A stretch of DNA of 64,000 nt. It comes from Pelomyxa schiedti (lineage: Eukaryota; Protista; Evosea). Positions 61,413-64,000 of the stretch are shown piece after piece. The translations under genes and the position numbers were made by a program. The first letter of the stretch is position 1; each line of letters opens with the position of its first letter. The DNA lies in assembly GCA_020536535.1 (NCBI GenBank), contig JAHLWZ010000798.1:84177-148176 (forward strand). The letters are read 5' to 3'. The notes beneath the pieces were generated by a model that saw nothing but the letters and a program-made list of their open reading frames with translations, had not been told where the DNA came from and searched no databases.

Positions 61413-61912
61413 GGGGCTTGATTTTTTTCCTTAATTTTGGGGGCCTCAGATCTGGCCTCGATTATCAGTGTCGGGCTTCTGTGGGCTCTGGGAACCAGAA
61501 CAACGGAGTGTACTGAGTTGATCGGGGGGCTTCACACCAATAGCCGTACAGCAATCGCCAAGTGATACCCGTAACCTGATATTCCCGTATTTTGCGAACC
61601 GACGTGGTAGGCAATCTGGTGCCAGACCCATAACCGCAACCCAACATGTGCCTGGGTTTCTCAACTCACAGTCTCCAGCACGCGGCGGCGCCCACGGGCA
61701 CAGTACAACAACTCATGGGTCACATTTCACACTTGCAACCAAAGAACAAAGAGTAACACTGGGAAGGGCCTTATCTTTTTCTATCCTCTGGGGATACCCT
61801 CAAGCGTCCCAACCTGCTGGAATTCCACAACAACTTCTGTCAGGCTGTGGTATAAGATGGTGATATCGGAAAACCATCACACATACTAAAAGCTTAATAA
61901 AAAACAAACACA

Positions 61913-62359
61913 ATGTGGGATCAGCAACAGACACCAACTCCACTCGACCGCTTCACTCACAGACTCGTACTGCCACTTTGCTGTCTCTTTGTACAATACT
62001 CATTGTCACATCATCAGGCGAAAGCACAAAACTGCCTCACGACAACTCTGCCGAGCGAAGTGTCACTTTCGCCCTGCTGCAAGCGACCGAGTACAAAATC
62101 CAGACGGAATGGGCACAACTCAACACAAAGCTCACAGTGGCAACTACACGAGCCGAGGTAAAAACACAAAAACCCTTCTTCCCCTTTTTTCACACAAAAA
62201 CAGAAGGAGTGGATCATATCACAGTTCACTACCATGATTAAGCTCTGGGCAGACCAAGTCAACAACACACGGAATGAGGCAATTGGGGATGAGTACTTTG
62301 TGAAACAAGTGCCAACCCGCATTGAAAAGGCACTGTTACTCTTCTCACAGAGGTTCTGA
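61913..62359 (+). CDS. Hypothetical helical protein; 5' structure uncertain
   Basis: A clear intron at about 62159-62203 joins LNTKLTVATTRAE to KEWIISQFTTMIKLW...LLLFSQRF-stop. The start is unresolved. Confidence 0.3.
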
Positions 62360-62698
62360 GGGAAAACAAAAATGCCCAACCATAAAAACAATAAAAGGAA
62401 TGTTACACGATACTTTTCCGTTGGAGATTGGGTTCAAGTCGAGGATGATCGATTATGGGGGGGGTATTGGGGTGGGGTATCTTTGTGACTGTTTGTTGCA
62501 GCTGAATTTTGGGATGAGGTTGGGGGATGATTTGTGAGTGAGTGCGAGTGACTGCTTGGGTTGATTTGGGGGGAGGTTTCTTTCTTTGACTTGGTGACTT
62601 GGCAGTGGGTGGTTGGTGCTTTTTTTTCTCCTGTCACTCTCGCGGTATGAGTGGTGTCTTGTAGGATGATATGAATAGACAGTATGTGCACTCATAGC

Positions 62699-62732
62699 CC
62701 ACATTCCACATTCCACATTCCACATTCCACAT
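62699..62732 (+). repeat. (CCACATT)n heptanucleotide microsatellite, about 5 copies
   Basis: Directly visible. Confidence 0.9.
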
Positions 62733-63001
62733 CGTAGCCAAAATGGTGGGTTTACCTGGTGACATAGGGGGAGCTCCAACGCGTAGCAGACCAAGAAAAA
62801 ACGGACCCGCCAAAGAAAAGAAAATAGGTTCACAAGGAGCGGAAAGCACACCTCAAAGAGCAAGTGTACCCGGATCAGAACGAGTAAGTCCCCACTGTGT
62901 TACAATTAGTATTTCGTAGTAAATTAATAGTTAATAAATTAATTTACTGTCCAAACCCAAGGTTAACGAGGGGAAAAATAGCTTACGACGGACACGCACG
63001 A

Positions 63002-64000
63002 ATGAATCGCAAATTGCCAACAAACAGTGCCGCACGCACCAGAGCCCCACCGACGAACAACAGCCGCGCATCGCCTTCGTGTTTTGTTTTATTTTTTTGT
63101 CTTTCGGGGAAAGGGGCCTTCTGAGCCTGACATCAGAGAAGTAAGTGCAGACACATCAACCAGGACATCAACGGCAATCAGGACGACGATGCTGTGCGGT
63201 GTGGAAGGAGAACCGGGCATCTCGTGCCCTCCGAGTACGCCGGGTTGCATACGGGACCGGCGGGACTTGTACGTGTGCAGCGTGGTGCTGGGGTCCCTGG
63301 CCGCGACGTCGCCCGAAGCCTTTGCCGCGTGGGTGTCGTTCGAGCCCGAGTGCGTTGGGCAGCTGCCCTGCGTGTTCTCACTGTCGGGGTGCAGGGCGCA
63401 CGGCAGGGCGCCGGTCAAGGGAGACTGCGTCCGCGTGATCGCAGGCGCGTGGCAGAAGTTGCCCGACGGCAGATGGTTTGCCTTTTCCTCCCCCCTTTTT
63501 CGTGTGTGTGTTGGGTTATGTTTTGCATTGTGGGTGCATTGTTTAACTTTTTTTGGGTGTGCAGGGGCCTGCGCGTGAGCTCCTTTACTGTGATAAGCTC
63601 TGTCAAGGGATTGTTGCCTACGATGATTGCACAGTTGCATGTTATTAGCACATTTGAGAGCTCTGAGATAGGGATCTTTTTGCAAGTCCGCCTTTTGCAG
63701 AAAGGCCAGTTGTATAGAATACCTCAGCATGGCAACGAACAAGAGTTCTTAGTCTGTGATCGTCAGGTATTTTTTTTGTTGGAGACTGTGACTTTTGTTT
63801 TAACATGGTCTTTAAGGGCTCCGTTCTACGTGGTGCTGCCTCTGGAGATGCCCACAAGGCAACTCTAATGAAAATGGAAGTTGGGAAGGTAGCCCAGATT
63901 CTTCCCCCATCTCCCCCCCGCTGTGATCGAAAACAGACTGTTCTCCTTCGATTCAATGTCAGCTTGCTCAGCTTCCTGATCGATGTCATTGGCAACCTCC
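63002..64000 (+). CDS. Hypothetical multi-exon protein, possible OB-fold-like N-terminal region; runs off the window
   Basis: ATG 63002. Three GT-AG introns keep an open frame through RAPVKGDCVRVIAGAWQKL...GLRVSSFTVI...LLRFNVSLL to the window end. Confidence 0.6.

Noticed and set aside
1-64000. Stop-codon reassignment or readthrough to explain fragmented ORFs
   Set aside because: Every break examined in conserved genes (XPB, RPL10A, malQ, radical SAM, LRR) is resolved by a GT-AG intron, and TAA, TAG and TGA all serve as real terminators.

Overview
This is eukaryotic (protist) genomic DNA, not prokaryotic. It is gene-dense, with about 30 genes split by many short GT-AG introns (mostly 35-130 nt), uses the standard genetic code, and has tiny intergenic gaps. 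Several 5' exons are GC-rich, low-complexity and intron-free, set in an otherwise roughly 40-45% GC background. Confident calls are XPB/ERCC3, a multi-repeat partial-p25alpha (TPPP-like) protein, two M28 peptidases, a Ser/Thr kinase, a tail-anchored LRR protein, a class I SAM methyltransferase, a YkuE/TMPPE-type phosphoesterase, a Sec23/24-family protein, a PACS-like protein, a VPS9 GEF, ZFC3H1, an Lsi2/ArsB-type transporter, a RING-IBR protein, FAM221, RPL10A, a SnoaL-like protein, a radical SAM enzyme, a GH77 amylomaltase and a small calcineurin-like phosphoesterase. The gene content and style suggest a flagellated, probably anaerobic amoebozoan (Archamoebae, Pelomyxa-like); this is inference only. 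The most unusual signals are (1) an intron-containing radical SAM gene with a non-canonical CX7CX2C motif of prokaryote/phage type, divergently paired with a SnoaL-like gene across an inverted-repeat-rich spacer; (2) a palindrome/hairpin array at 53.9-54.1 kb; (3) an LRR gene built from fifteen 69-nt single-repeat exons; and (4) a hairpin plus cryptic in-frame exon in RPL10A intron 1. Gene boundaries were assembled by eye and are approximate where stated; no database searches were run.
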